Below, piece after piece: positions 10,145 to 19,936 of a stretch of 64,000 bases of DNA. The stretch lies in the NCBI GenBank assembly GCA_965261395.1, contig OZ253462.1, positions 64,001-128,000 on the forward strand. The letters run 5' to 3'. The position numbers and the translations under genes were made by a program. This stretch comes from Candidatus Latescibacterota bacterium (GTDB taxonomy: Bacteria > Latescibacterota > UBA2968 > UBA8231). The notes under the pieces were generated by a model. The model had not been told where the DNA came from, searched no databases, and saw only the letters and a program-made list of their open reading frames with translations. Position 1 is the first letter of the stretch; every line of letters begins with the position of its first letter.

Positions 10145-10206
10145 TGGCAATCTCCCGCGAAAAAACTGCGCGGCGCACGTCTTGTGCACCGCGCAACGGT
10201 CGAACT

Positions 10207-11229
10207 TTAGAAACCGAACTGAAAGGTAAAGGTATTGAGGGCGTCGAAATACTCGACCGTAGTGTAGGCGTAATCAACGCGCAAATCTTTGATCGTCCCG
10301 GCCTCCAGATTCAGACCAAAGCCGAAGCTGGTGCCGTAGATGTAGTCGTCGGTTGAGTTGGGCGCGTAGTCGAAGCCAGCGCGCAGGGCGAAGAAATCGG
10401 CCAACATATACTCGGCACCCAACCGGTACTGGTCGTAGGCGAAATTGTTGTGCCGGAAGACCGAGGACAAGTTGACCGCGTCCATATAGCGATAGCTCAG
10501 ACCGAGCTCGAACGTCGAGGGCAGGTCAGCCGAGCTAGCTTGTACATTGAAATCGGAGGGTCCGCGGCGCAACCCGTTGAGCTGGCCGCGGCGCAACAGG
10601 CCGGAACCGCCAAACTGCATCCGCGTGCCGATGTGCTTGAGCGCCACTCCTAGGTCCAAGCCGGCAATCCCGCCCAAATTGGCGTATTGCAGACCGGCAC
10701 TAAACGAGGTCGCGGTGGCCTCGACGCGCTGGATGCGGTTGACGATGTAATGACTGGTAATCCCGACGGCGATGCGGTCGGTCAGTTCCCGGGCAAAGGT
10801 CAGGCCCAAGGTGAAAAAGGTCGGCGAAAAGGTCGCACCGGTGCCGTCGGGGTTGGCCTCGGTGGTCACCGGGATTGCGCCGAAATCCAGTGCCTTGATG
10901 TTGAGGGCCAGCGAGCCGACACTCTTGAAGTTGGCACCGGTAGCTAGGTAGTTGATGCGGGTATCCGCTAGATAGGACATCGTCGAAAACAGGATGCCCG
11001 CGTTGGATTCGGACTTGGGCAGACCCGCTGGGTTCCAGTGCAGGGCCTCCAGACCAGAAGTAGTGGCGATCGAGGCACCGCCCAAGGCCATGTCGCGTGC
11101 GCCGACCGGAATCAGCAGTTCCGGAGCGGCGGCCGTACCAGCGCGGTCCTGACCGTCGGCAAAGGCCGCAGCCGAGGCGAAAACCAGCGCCAGCAGGATC
11201 GTCGAGATGCGAAAGCTATGTCGAAGCAT
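10207..11229 (-). CDS. PorV/PorQ-family (FadL-like) outer-membrane beta-barrel
   Basis: Signal peptide, GTAAAPELLIPVGARDMALGGA..WNPAGL N-terminus, alternating strands, LRAG, C-terminal F; RBS CAGGAG before ATG 11229. Confidence 0.85.
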   Translation of the reverse strand: MLRHSFRISTILLALVFASAAAFADGQDRAGTAAAPELLIPVGARDMALGGASIATTSGLEALHWNPAGLPKSESNAGILFSTMSYLADTRINYLATGANFKSVGSLALNIKALDFGAIPVTTEANPDGTGATFSPTFFTLGLTFARELTDRIAVGITSHYIVNRIQRVEATATSFSAGLQYANLGGIAGLDLGVALKHIGTRMQFGGSGLLRRGQLNGLRRGPSDFNVQASSADLPSTFELGLSYRYMDAVNLSSVFRHNNFAYDQYRLGAEYMLADFFALRAGFDYAPNSTDDYIYGTSFGFGLNLEAGTIKDLRVDYAYTTVEYFDALNTFTFQFGF

Positions 11230-11268
11230 GGAATAGTCTCCTGTTTCTCCCTTTGAGATCCTGTGCAC

Positions 11269-14200
11269 CTAGAAGTTCTCCAAGAATTGCTGCTCTTGGA
11301 TGACGGCCAGCTTGAGGATCCGACTTTCGCCGATCCCCGGCAGCTCGATATGGGCGATATACATGCCGCTGGCCACCGGCAACTGGTTTTGGTTTTGCAA
11401 ATCCCAGCGCGTGAACTGCGACGGGTCATCCTTCTCAATCGTGCGCACCAGGGTGCCGCTCATGTCGAAGATGCGAATATTCGCCTTGGGTGGCAGGTAG
11501 CTGAAGGTCACGAAGTGACTGTAACGGCTGGTCTCCGCCAAATTGACGCCTAGGTAGGGATTGGGGAAAACATTGATCTTCTCGACGTTTTCCTTGGCCA
11601 ATGCTTCGGAGTACGTCGCGGCCGTCACGCTGAACTCAAATTCGTCCTCACCAGCCACCACGGTATTGCCGATGGTGATCTTCAGTACGTCGCCCGTCGA
11701 CCAGACCGAAGCACCTCCCTGGGAAAAGAAGTAAACCCAGGTGGTGTTATCGTCCGTCAGTTCGTGGATCTTGGTCGGATCGTAGTCAGTGTGGACGATG
11801 GTGATATAGTCGCGCCCCGGCATGTTGTAGGTCTGGTGATAGACAACGCTACCATCGTCTCTCGACCCGTCGGCACCGCGGTCGAAGAACACGGCGTTCA
11901 ACTGGCGCGGATTGTCCGGATCTTCCACGTCCCAGATCTCAAAGGGCACGCGCTGGAGAAAGGCACCGGTCGAATCCGATACCTCGGCGGGCTTGAAGGG
12001 ATGCGCCGCGATATCGCGCTCGCCGCTGCCACCGCTGACGCCACCGAGGGTTGCCATTGAGCCGCCCTCGACAATTGCGGTGCTATCAGCGTCCCACACG
12101 CCGGTGAAGCGGAACTCGATATCGCGCACCAGCCGATTGTCACCGGCACCGCCACCTTCCCAGAAGGTTGATCCATAGCCGTCGGAATAACCGAAGAGCG
12201 TACCGTCACCCCACAGGCTGAGGTCGCCATCCTCCGGATCGGCGTCGTTGGTCACTTGGGCACTGATATAGGTCGTCGGATTGGTGAAGACCAGATTACC
12301 TACCTTGACTTGGATGCCTTCGACGATGGGATAGCTCTCGTCGAGGGAAATATTGCTCTCCCGGTCGACTAGGATCTCTCCGCCTCGCGACAGGCTCCAA
12401 GTCGCGTCGTCATTGAAGGTGACCTTGTAGGCCGACTGCTGCAGGGCCGTGGGGTCAACCACCATTGGCCATACGCTGGCGTCGCCGATGCCCTTGGTGT
12501 GTTCGGCGGGTAGCACCTCACCAGGGGCCTCATGGGTGCGCGTGATGCCCGGAGGCGCGACTTGTGGAACGCAGATGATGGTCTGCGGACTACTCTCTAG
12601 GGTGGTGGTCGTCGCTGCCTCCTCCGAAGTGGCGCGGCTGTAGGCAGTCACCGCGAAGTAGTACTGCTGGCCATTGACCAGTGGCCCGCTGCGCAACGCG
12701 TCGCGGGTCATGGTGATATATCGCTGGAGGCCGCCGTCGCTGCCGATCTGCAAAGGCACGTCCAAAACCACGCCAGACTGCTCGTCGAGAGCGATACCCA
12801 ATATGGTCGTCACGCCGTTGACTAGGTCAAAAGTGGCGATCTTGGTACCCTGGCTCAGCGTCGCCTCGACCGAAGGCAATTGGTAAACATTATAGCCTTC
12901 AAACTCAAAACCGGGCGAACCCACACTTTCGGTCTTGGCCACCGACTCTGGGTCCCAACCCCAGTTGAGTACGATGGTCTGGTCGAGCTCGACTAGGCGG
13001 ACTTTGGGCTGGGTCGGCGGCTTGGGCACCTGAAAGAAGTTGTTGTAGGCGTCCTGTACGAACTGGTCGGTGAATTTTAGCTTGGAGACGCTGCGCAGGC
13101 GATCGCTGCTGATCGCGCCCAGCAGCGCGACCACCACTTCCTGGGTGTCGCCCAATGCCATCTCGAAAGACCCGGTGGCCAGCACGATGCGCCGGTCGCC
13201 GGCCGGCAGCGGCACGCCGTCGTTCCAGCCGGTGGCTCTGGTCGGATCGCCGTCGAGCGTGAACTTGGTGTCGGCATTGGTCAGCGGATTGGTGTAGGGC
13301 ACGGGATTTTCGACATCGTCCTGCGGCTGGAAGCCACGCAGCAGATTGTACCACTGCTGAGTGCCTATGTATTCGCCCAGTTCTGGATCGGATATCGCAC
13401 TGCCGGCGGCAAAGTACACGAAGGCCGTCATCGGCAAGTTCTTGTAGCCGGGACGCAGACCCTCGTTGAAGATGGCCACCGAATTCTCGTCGAGCAGTTG
13501 GTTGCCGTCATCATCGACGGCAATATTGCCATCGTCGTCTAGCTGATAAACCGGTACGATCGGGCCTTGTAAAAAGTCGTACCCAGCGGCCGGTGGAGCC
13601 AAGCCGAAGGAGACGTAGTGCGAGTCGTCGTCGATCGAGTTGTACACATAACCCAAGCTCAGGCCGACGTCAGCACCGGCAAAGTCGTCGCCGAAGTCGC
13701 CCAGATCTGGATCGGACCACTGGGCGAAATACATGTCTTCGATCACTGCATCGTCCGTGGCCTCTGCGGTGCCCTTGTAGATGATCTTGTACTTCTTGAA
13801 GATCACGTCGCCCAAGGCGTCGGAACGCGCATAGCCCCACAGCGTGACCTGGGTCTCCAGGCCGATGGGCAAAGAGCCGTAGAGACTGGTTGTGGCACCC
13901 TGATCCAGATCGTTGATAGCAAACCAGATTACCTGGTCCGCGCTGGCCAGCCCCGGCTCGTCAACTGCGGGATCGTACTGCCCATTTCCGTCGTTGTCGT
14001 AATAGGGCGCACCCTGGTCGGCCGGCCATTCCATCCAATCGCGCTCGTACTGGGCGCGCACCGCCTCCTCGTGGGCGGCGGTGACCGCGCTCAAACCGAT
14101 GTTGAGGACCTCGGAGGCGTCTAACCGCAAATCCGCGGTCGCCCAATCGCGGCGGATCCGATAGAGCCGGGCCGTGTCGCGGTCCTGGGCCACGCCCTTG

Positions 14201-14559
14201 GACTCGATGATGCCTGGCACCGTACCGATCTCGTACGTCTGACCGCCTACGCGCAGTTCCTGGTCATTGCCGTCCTTGACCCGCCCACCCCAGATGATGC
14301 CGTCCTGGAAGATGACTTGGTCGATCGAGCGCGGGTAAGTCACGCCCGAATTGCCGTTGAGCGGATTGCGAGCCGACCAGCCATCGCTTTGGATCCACAT
14401 GGCCATATTGTTGATGTTGAGCTGGGTCCGCTCGGTGGACACCACGATATCGTCTTGGGCCAGTTTGGCGGCCGGTGCGCCCCGACCTTCGCGGGCCTGG
14501 ACAGTGCCGACTAGGAACAAGAGCGTCGCCACCACAAATAGGTAAACAAACTTTCTCAT
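11269..14559 (-). CDS. Large acidic secreted protein with T9SS type-A-like C-terminal domain
   Basis: Signal peptide, DxDGNG Ca-binding-like motifs, FN3-like segment (IVLNW..FEGYNVY..NGQQYYFAVTAY), CTD VFPNPY..IRIFDMSGTLVR..WDL..VASGMY..KLAVI. Confidence 0.8.
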   Translation of the reverse strand: MRKFVYLFVVATLLFLVGTVQAREGRGAPAAKLAQDDIVVSTERTQLNINNMAMWIQSDGWSARNPLNGNSGVTYPRSIDQVIFQDGIIWGGRVKDGNDQELRVGGQTYEIGTVPGIIESKGVAQDRDTARLYRIRRDWATADLRLDASEVLNIGLSAVTAAHEEAVRAQYERDWMEWPADQGAPYYDNDGNGQYDPAVDEPGLASADQVIWFAINDLDQGATTSLYGSLPIGLETQVTLWGYARSDALGDVIFKKYKIIYKGTAEATDDAVIEDMYFAQWSDPDLGDFGDDFAGADVGLSLGYVYNSIDDDSHYVSFGLAPPAAGYDFLQGPIVPVYQLDDDGNIAVDDDGNQLLDENSVAIFNEGLRPGYKNLPMTAFVYFAAGSAISDPELGEYIGTQQWYNLLRGFQPQDDVENPVPYTNPLTNADTKFTLDGDPTRATGWNDGVPLPAGDRRIVLATGSFEMALGDTQEVVVALLGAISSDRLRSVSKLKFTDQFVQDAYNNFFQVPKPPTQPKVRLVELDQTIVLNWGWDPESVAKTESVGSPGFEFEGYNVYQLPSVEATLSQGTKIATFDLVNGVTTILGIALDEQSGVVLDVPLQIGSDGGLQRYITMTRDALRSGPLVNGQQYYFAVTAYSRATSEEAATTTTLESSPQTIICVPQVAPPGITRTHEAPGEVLPAEHTKGIGDASVWPMVVDPTALQQSAYKVTFNDDATWSLSRGGEILVDRESNISLDESYPIVEGIQVKVGNLVFTNPTTYISAQVTNDADPEDGDLSLWGDGTLFGYSDGYGSTFWEGGGAGDNRLVRDIEFRFTGVWDADSTAIVEGGSMATLGGVSGGSGERDIAAHPFKPAEVSDSTGAFLQRVPFEIWDVEDPDNPRQLNAVFFDRGADGSRDDGSVVYHQTYNMPGRDYITIVHTDYDPTKIHELTDDNTTWVYFFSQGGASVWSTGDVLKITIGNTVVAGEDEFEFSVTAATYSEALAKENVEKINVFPNPYLGVNLAETSRYSHFVTFSYLPPKANIRIFDMSGTLVRTIEKDDPSQFTRWDLQNQNQLPVASGMYIAHIELPGIGESRILKLAVIQEQQFLENF

Positions 14560-14574
14560 AGCTTTCTCTCTTTC

Positions 14575-17500
14575 CTAGAAATCGAACTGCAGACCGAAGC
14601 GAATCTGGCGCGGCGCATCGTAGATATCGCCGCCCTCGTTGGACCAGTAAGCTTGGCGATTGGCCAAGTTGATCGCCTCGTAGAGTTGCACGTACTGCTG
14701 CCCGCCGCTGGCCTCGACGATTTGCTGACTCAGCTCCGGGTTGGTCAGGAAGCCGTCGTCCTTGTCGGTGCCGGTGCGGTTGTACACGTTGAGCACGTTC
14801 TTGCGATTGAAAAGGTTGATAACATAGCTATAGACCTTGGCGTTGAGACCAAACAGCGAGAAGCTCTTGTCGATGCGCAGGTTGGTCTGGAAGGTCCACG
14901 GCGTCGTCGAGCGGTTGATCGACTCAAGCGGCTTGCGCGAGCGTGGGTCGAAGCTGTCGAGTACGCCGGCGTTTTCTGGACCGCGCTGACCGATCGAACC
15001 GGTGACTAAGGTAAAGTTGTGCCCGCTCGTGAAGCTCATCAGCAGATTGGCCCCTAAACTCCGCAGAATTGGGTTGGGCTCGTTGTCGGGGTAGCGGTAG
15101 TCTAGGTAGATCGAGCCGCGGTGCGTCTCGTTAAAGTCGAGCGGCGAGATGATCGTCGGCAGGTTGGTCCCGTTCTCAACCCCGGAAATGGCCGAGCCGG
15201 TCGATGAACCCGTGCCGCGTGCGTCTGACAGGGTGTAGTTCAGTTCGGTGCGTAGGTTATTGACGCGCCGGAGCTTGAATTGGAACTCGATGCCCTTGGT
15301 CGTGGCGAAGTCGCCGTTTTGCAGATAGGCGTACGCGCCAGCGTCAACCGCGCTAGTCGAGAGCTGCTGCTTGCGCAACTGCAGCTGCCCTTTGACGTCG
15401 CGGTAGAAGCCCGTGATGTCGAAGGAGGCGGATTCGGCGAACTGACGCTCGAAGCCAATTTCGTACTGGGTAGTCCGCATCGGCTCGATGTCGTAGGCGG
15501 TCGGATAGCGAATGTAGTTCTGGCCGCCCAACTCTAGGGCAAGGCGCGCGCCACCGGCAAACATGGAGCGCATCGCCGGCATTTGCGAGAAACGCCCGTA
15601 TTGCACGTGAAAAACCGTCAAATCCGACACCGGGAACGACATCCCCAAACGCGGGCTAATATCAGTGTACGTGGCGGTCTTTTCCATCGACGCGAGGTCA
15701 ATGGTGTAGTTTGTCGGGTCGCGCACCGGTGCGGCCGGATCCTTGAAGCGCCAGCTATCCGCGTCGAAGTAGTCGATGCGTAGACCGGCGTTGATGATCA
15801 GGTCATTATACTCGACTTTGTCCTGGATAAAGACGGCACCTACCGTCGGGTGGCGCGGTGCCTCTAGTCCCTCGCTGTCGGCCTCGCGGCCGAACTCGTC
15901 GAAGCCGAAGAAATCGCTGGCACTGGTCGAGCGCAGCAATCTGATCAGATCCTGCTTGCTACCCTTGCCATCGTCAAGACCCTCGGCTGTCTCGATCAAC
16001 TCGTCGAGGATCTCGGCTTCGCTGATCTCATCGTTGTAGTAGCGGTCGTACACCGCGTCTAGCTCAGGATAGGTATTGGCTATCCCCGAGCGGATCGAAC
16101 GCAACGAGATCGAATAGCGCCGCGAGGTCCAATTTTGATAGTCGAAACCAGCCCTGATCTGATGCACGTCGGTCTGCTTGGTCCAGCTACCGGCCAGCCC
16201 CCAATAGCCATCCGACGTGGTGCCGTAGGAGGTCGTACGCGAACCCGGGCGGTTGAAGGGAAAGCCGGCCAGATCGTAGGGCCTAGGCCCCGAACCCTGC
16301 TGGGTATAGGGCGTGTACTCGCCCGTGCCCTCGAGGGCACGCTGGACGGCCACGCTGTCGTTATACACCCACCACCGATCCTCGAAAAGCGGGTCGTAGG
16401 ACGTGGCCTCCTGCTTGTAGAGACTCACGTTGAGTTCGTAGAACATGCTCTTGTCGAGCAGGTGGGTGAGCTTGGCGTTAATCAGGTTGGAGGACGCTTC
16501 CGACTCGACCAAACGCCGGGTGTTAAAAGCATTGCGGATGGGCGCTCCGTTGCTTTCAAAACTCCCGTCCGAGTACAGATTCGTGAGGCGGAGCTGGACG
16601 GGGTAGTAGTCGAGCAGCAAGGTCCCGTTGAAAATGTTCCCTACACTACTCGTGTGCGGAATATTGCCGGGCTTGATTTCGAGCTGCTCGATCCGGTCGG
16701 GAACGGGATCGCCCTCCTCGTCCTCGCCCCAGTGCCGGCGGCCACCGCGGAGACCGGTGTCTTCGAGATCCTCGAAGGTAAAACCCGACCAGTAGGTCGG
16801 CCAAGAACCGAGGTTGAAGCGCTGACCGGCCAAGAAGGCGCGAATCTTCTGGTTTCCCGCAACCGGACCACCGGCGGTGATCACCTGATTGGAATAGCCG
16901 TAGGAATAGGTGCCGAAGCGCTGCTCATAGTCGGAGGTAAAATTGTCCGACTCAGAGACGATCTCGAAGTCCCAGTCGCTGCCGCCGGTGCGCAACTCTT
17001 GCAGGATAATGCCGGCGTTGGCACCGCCGTACTCGGCGTTGAAGCCGCCGGCCTGGAGCTGGATTTCCTCCAGTGCCTCGACGATCAGTCCCACCGCGCT
17101 GGCACCAGTGACCACATTGCGGACGCTGGCCCCCTCGACGTAGTAGCCGATCTCGTCGCCGCGCGAGCCGCGGATGTGCAACGTCCCCTCGTCCTCAACC
17201 ACGCCGGTCTGCAGGGCCAAGACTTGGCCGACGCCTCGGAGTGGCAGAATTTCGAGATCCTCGGCATTGACGATGCGCACCGCATTGGTGGCGTTTTTGT
17301 CGATGATCGGCCGCTCGGCTCGGATTACCACTTCCTCGACCTGGATATCCGAAGAAGTCAATTCAACGGCGATATTCGTAGTCAGGTCGGCGGAGACCCG
17401 CACATCCTCGACGGTATAATCCGCGTAGCCGATATACGTGGCCTTGAGGGTGTAGGTGCCCGCTGATACGTTGAGAATAAAGAAGCGGCCCTTTTCGTCC

Positions 17501-17685
17501 GCTGTGGCCCCTAGTTTGGTACCTACCACCACGACATTGGCATGGGGCAGCCCATCCCCGGTGGTGGCATCTTTGACGGCACCAGCTATTTTGCCGCCTG
17601 TACTGGCCTCGGCCGGAGCCAAGCTCAGCGCGAGCAGAACGCCCAGTGCGGTTAGGACGCGAAAAACGCCTTCAAACTTGGTCAT
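14575..17685 (-). CDS. TonB-dependent receptor with N-terminal carboxypeptidase-regulatory-like domain
   Basis: GKIAGAVKD..G.YTL..YIGY, EEVVIRA TonB-box-like, plug HIRGSR..YYVEG, GGFNAEYG, SPRLG, C-terminal PRQIRFGLQFDF. Confidence 0.92.
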   Translation of the reverse strand: MTKFEGVFRVLTALGVLLALSLAPAEASTGGKIAGAVKDATTGDGLPHANVVVVGTKLGATADEKGRFFILNVSAGTYTLKATYIGYADYTVEDVRVSADLTTNIAVELTSSDIQVEEVVIRAERPIIDKNATNAVRIVNAEDLEILPLRGVGQVLALQTGVVEDEGTLHIRGSRGDEIGYYVEGASVRNVVTGASAVGLIVEALEEIQLQAGGFNAEYGGANAGIILQELRTGGSDWDFEIVSESDNFTSDYEQRFGTYSYGYSNQVITAGGPVAGNQKIRAFLAGQRFNLGSWPTYWSGFTFEDLEDTGLRGGRRHWGEDEEGDPVPDRIEQLEIKPGNIPHTSSVGNIFNGTLLLDYYPVQLRLTNLYSDGSFESNGAPIRNAFNTRRLVESEASSNLINAKLTHLLDKSMFYELNVSLYKQEATSYDPLFEDRWWVYNDSVAVQRALEGTGEYTPYTQQGSGPRPYDLAGFPFNRPGSRTTSYGTTSDGYWGLAGSWTKQTDVHQIRAGFDYQNWTSRRYSISLRSIRSGIANTYPELDAVYDRYYNDEISEAEILDELIETAEGLDDGKGSKQDLIRLLRSTSASDFFGFDEFGREADSEGLEAPRHPTVGAVFIQDKVEYNDLIINAGLRIDYFDADSWRFKDPAAPVRDPTNYTIDLASMEKTATYTDISPRLGMSFPVSDLTVFHVQYGRFSQMPAMRSMFAGGARLALELGGQNYIRYPTAYDIEPMRTTQYEIGFERQFAESASFDITGFYRDVKGQLQLRKQQLSTSAVDAGAYAYLQNGDFATTKGIEFQFKLRRVNNLRTELNYTLSDARGTGSSTGSAISGVENGTNLPTIISPLDFNETHRGSIYLDYRYPDNEPNPILRSLGANLLMSFTSGHNFTLVTGSIGQRGPENAGVLDSFDPRSRKPLESINRSTTPWTFQTNLRIDKSFSLFGLNAKVYSYVINLFNRKNVLNVYNRTGTDKDDGFLTNPELSQQIVEASGGQQYVQLYEAINLANRQAYWSNEGGDIYDAPRQIRFGLQFDF

Positions 17686-17721
17686 GTGTTCCTCCTTTGT
17701 AGGGTAGTTCTCAATACCCCT

Positions 17722-18435
17722 TCACATCAGATGCAACCAGTCTCCTAAGAGAAAGGTCGTGCGCCCGATCAACAGCGAAACCCTCGCCATAATGGTGTAA
17801 CCAAACGAAGCCCCAAACGAGACCATCAAAAACCATATCCCCACCTTGGAAATATGACCCGCCGCGCCGGTGTGCTCGACAGAAAAGAAGAAATAAACCA
17901 ACACCCCGACAACCCCCACTAGGACGATCAGCAAATTGAGCCCCTCCAAGCTCCAAGTCAGTGGTTGTAATGTAGGTTCAACTTGGGCCAAGATAAAGGA
18001 AGAAATATAGCGGGGGATCGTCAGGCCGGCCCCGAGGCCCACAAAGAATGCAAAAGCATAGCGGCTGAGCCAACCAAAGCGCAGCGAAAAGCGCGTCAAC
18101 ATCAACAGCCCGAGCACTGTCGGAGCCAAAAGCCACCAATTGGGCGTCTCCCCCTCCCCCGGATCGGTCCATTCGGCGATGACCTCGCCGTAGATCGTCG
18201 GGTACCAAGTCTGGCCGAATATATAGGCCGCTGCCACGCCGACGAAGACGTGCTCGGCAAACTTAAAAAGCGGATTGTCCTTGTAGAGGAAACTATAAAG
18301 CGCCAAGGTCATGCCCGCCGCGACAATGATGCCCAAACCCATCCAGTCCGCCGCCAAAATTCCACTGGCCACTAAGCCGATATTGACAGCGGCAAACAGC
18401 AGGATCACGCCCAAAAAGACATTCGTATCGCGCAT
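17722..18435 (-). CDS. Uncharacterised polytopic membrane protein (~6-7 TM)
   Basis: Multiple hydrophobic spans, motif SFLYKDNPLFKFAEHVFVG, FGASFG; RBS GAGGAG. Confidence 0.8.
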   Translation of the reverse strand: MRDTNVFLGVILLFAAVNIGLVASGILAADWMGLGIIVAAGMTLALYSFLYKDNPLFKFAEHVFVGVAAAYIFGQTWYPTIYGEVIAEWTDPGEGETPNWWLLAPTVLGLLMLTRFSLRFGWLSRYAFAFFVGLGAGLTIPRYISSFILAQVEPTLQPLTWSLEGLNLLIVLVGVVGVLVYFFFSVEHTGAAGHISKVGIWFLMVSFGASFGYTIMARVSLLIGRTTFLLGDWLHLM

Positions 18436-18443
18436 GGCGGCGA

Positions 18444-19274
18444 TCAGCTCCTCTGCTCGGATGAAGTTCGCCGAGCGGCGAAGTGCGCAATATTGCCGAG
18501 AATCACGAAGAGCGCGATGACCAAGTGAGCCATTGACTGGGCGCTCATGCCTTTGCTGGCACTGCCAGGACGTTCAATCAGGGTCTCGTATTCGGCTGCG
18601 CCGGCTAGACCACCGAGCAGGCCGCCAAGCTGTCCCGAGTCGAGGAAGGGATAGAGATCGGGAGCCATCACCGCGGTGCAGCCAGCGACAAAGGGAAAGC
18701 CGTACTTCTCCTGCCCGTAGGGGATCCACCAGAACTCAATCGAATCCCCGGCAGCTAGATCTAAGACGAGGGCGAAATCGCGCAGCGAGCGCAAACCGCG
18801 CGTCAAATCCAAGTCGCCAGTATCCGCGCCCCATTGGTCCTGCGGGAAGGCACTGCGGAAGTCCTGCCCCATATTGAGAATGACGCTAAAACCGCCCGGC
18901 TTGTAGCCCATAAAGGCATAATCCACCCCGTACTCCAAATCGAATTCAGCCGCTATCTCCTCCAGTACCTGTTGGGCCAGCCCCGGTGCCTCGGGCCACA
19001 GGCAAATGGCCACCACCTTGAGGTCGCGGCGGAAGGCGTGGCGCAAAATGGCATGCGACATCGGCAGCATTTCAGGTGCCGTGCTGGCACCGTAAGCAAA
19101 GGAAACCAGCACAATGTCCCCTGCGTCGAGTTTCTCGAACTGGTCGTACGCGGCTTTTACTTCGTCCGTCGGCGTGATCGGCAGGGACATCCCGGCCAGC
19201 AACGGCCCAGCCACGCTGATAAACACTAGGGCGAAAATAATGCGACGGTCGATCGCGAGCAGTCTGTGCATCAC
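18444..19274 (-). CDS. Uncharacterised membrane protein (N- and C-terminal TM around an alpha/beta domain); probable DUF6754 paralogue
   Basis: DRRIIF TM, YGVDYAFMGYKPG, LLGGLAGAAEYE, AQSMAH..ILGN; GTGA overlap with upstream gene. Confidence 0.8.
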   Translation of the reverse strand: MMHRLLAIDRRIIFALVFISVAGPLLAGMSLPITPTDEVKAAYDQFEKLDAGDIVLVSFAYGASTAPEMLPMSHAILRHAFRRDLKVVAICLWPEAPGLAQQVLEEIAAEFDLEYGVDYAFMGYKPGGFSVILNMGQDFRSAFPQDQWGADTGDLDLTRGLRSLRDFALVLDLAAGDSIEFWWIPYGQEKYGFPFVAGCTAVMAPDLYPFLDSGQLGGLLGGLAGAAEYETLIERPGSASKGMSAQSMAHLVIALFVILGNIAHFAARRTSSEQRS

Positions 19275-19927
19275 TCAGCTCCTCCGCCCAAATACGAGCG
19301 CTCAATCCCAAAAATGATCCGCAGTGAGGTAGCAATAGCACCCAGCGACACGCCGAGCAAGATGCCGCGCTTGGCCGCCAAGTTGGGCACGGTCAACAGC
19401 CAATCGGACACCAGCGGAAAATACTCGGATATCTCCCGGCCAATGGGCACGCGACCCAGCATGACGATGACCGCCGCGACCAGTAGCAGCGCGGCCTCGG
19501 GCGTGCGGGCGCGGAAAGTTCGGTATGCCGCCGAGGCAATAAAGAAGGCCAGAAGCGAAAACATGGTCCCAGCACAGGGAAGGTGGACGTAGTCGAAGAG
19601 CCACTTATAGCCCCCGGCCTCAGCTTGCGCGACGAAGGGGCCCAAGCCGTCGTTGTACACGACGAAGCCCATCATCACCGCGAAGCTCAAAATGGCGATC
19701 AAGCTATAGGCCCAGCCGGCGACGCGCTGGCGAATCCGCTGCCAGTGCAGGTTGAGCAGGCTATAGAGGCCGAGCAAAAAGGAAAACGCGAAGACGATGC
19801 GCACCCATAGCGCCATCTCCCGCTCCAAACTCTGCGCGTGGCCGTGGGGTACATAGTAGATGACAATGCCGAGCATACCGAAGGCGAAGGCGACGACCAG
19901 CGGCAAAGTTCGACTAAGAAAAATCAT
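19271..19927 (-). CDS. Uncharacterised polytopic membrane protein (~6 TM)
   Basis: Hydrophobic spans, TMFSLLAFFIASAAYRTFRAR, AAKRGILLG..LRIIFGIER; RBS GGAGGG. Confidence 0.8.
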   Translation of the reverse strand: MIFLSRTLPLVVAFAFGMLGIVIYYVPHGHAQSLEREMALWVRIVFAFSFLLGLYSLLNLHWQRIRQRVAGWAYSLIAILSFAVMMGFVVYNDGLGPFVAQAEAGGYKWLFDYVHLPCAGTMFSLLAFFIASAAYRTFRARTPEAALLLVAAVIVMLGRVPIGREISEYFPLVSDWLLTVPNLAAKRGILLGVSLGAIATSLRIIFGIERSYLGGGAE

Positions 19928-19936
19928 CGCGCCCTC

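Noticed and set aside
13501-13540. Repeat or palindrome inside the CTD protein gene
   Set aside because: Encodes a duplicated DDDGN acidic motif; a coding-level repeat, not a mobile or regulatory element.
16135-17466. 443-aa plus-strand ORF (also 25226..26182, 56644..57690 and similar)
   Set aside because: Antisense shadows of well-supported genes in GC-rich DNA; no recognisable domains.
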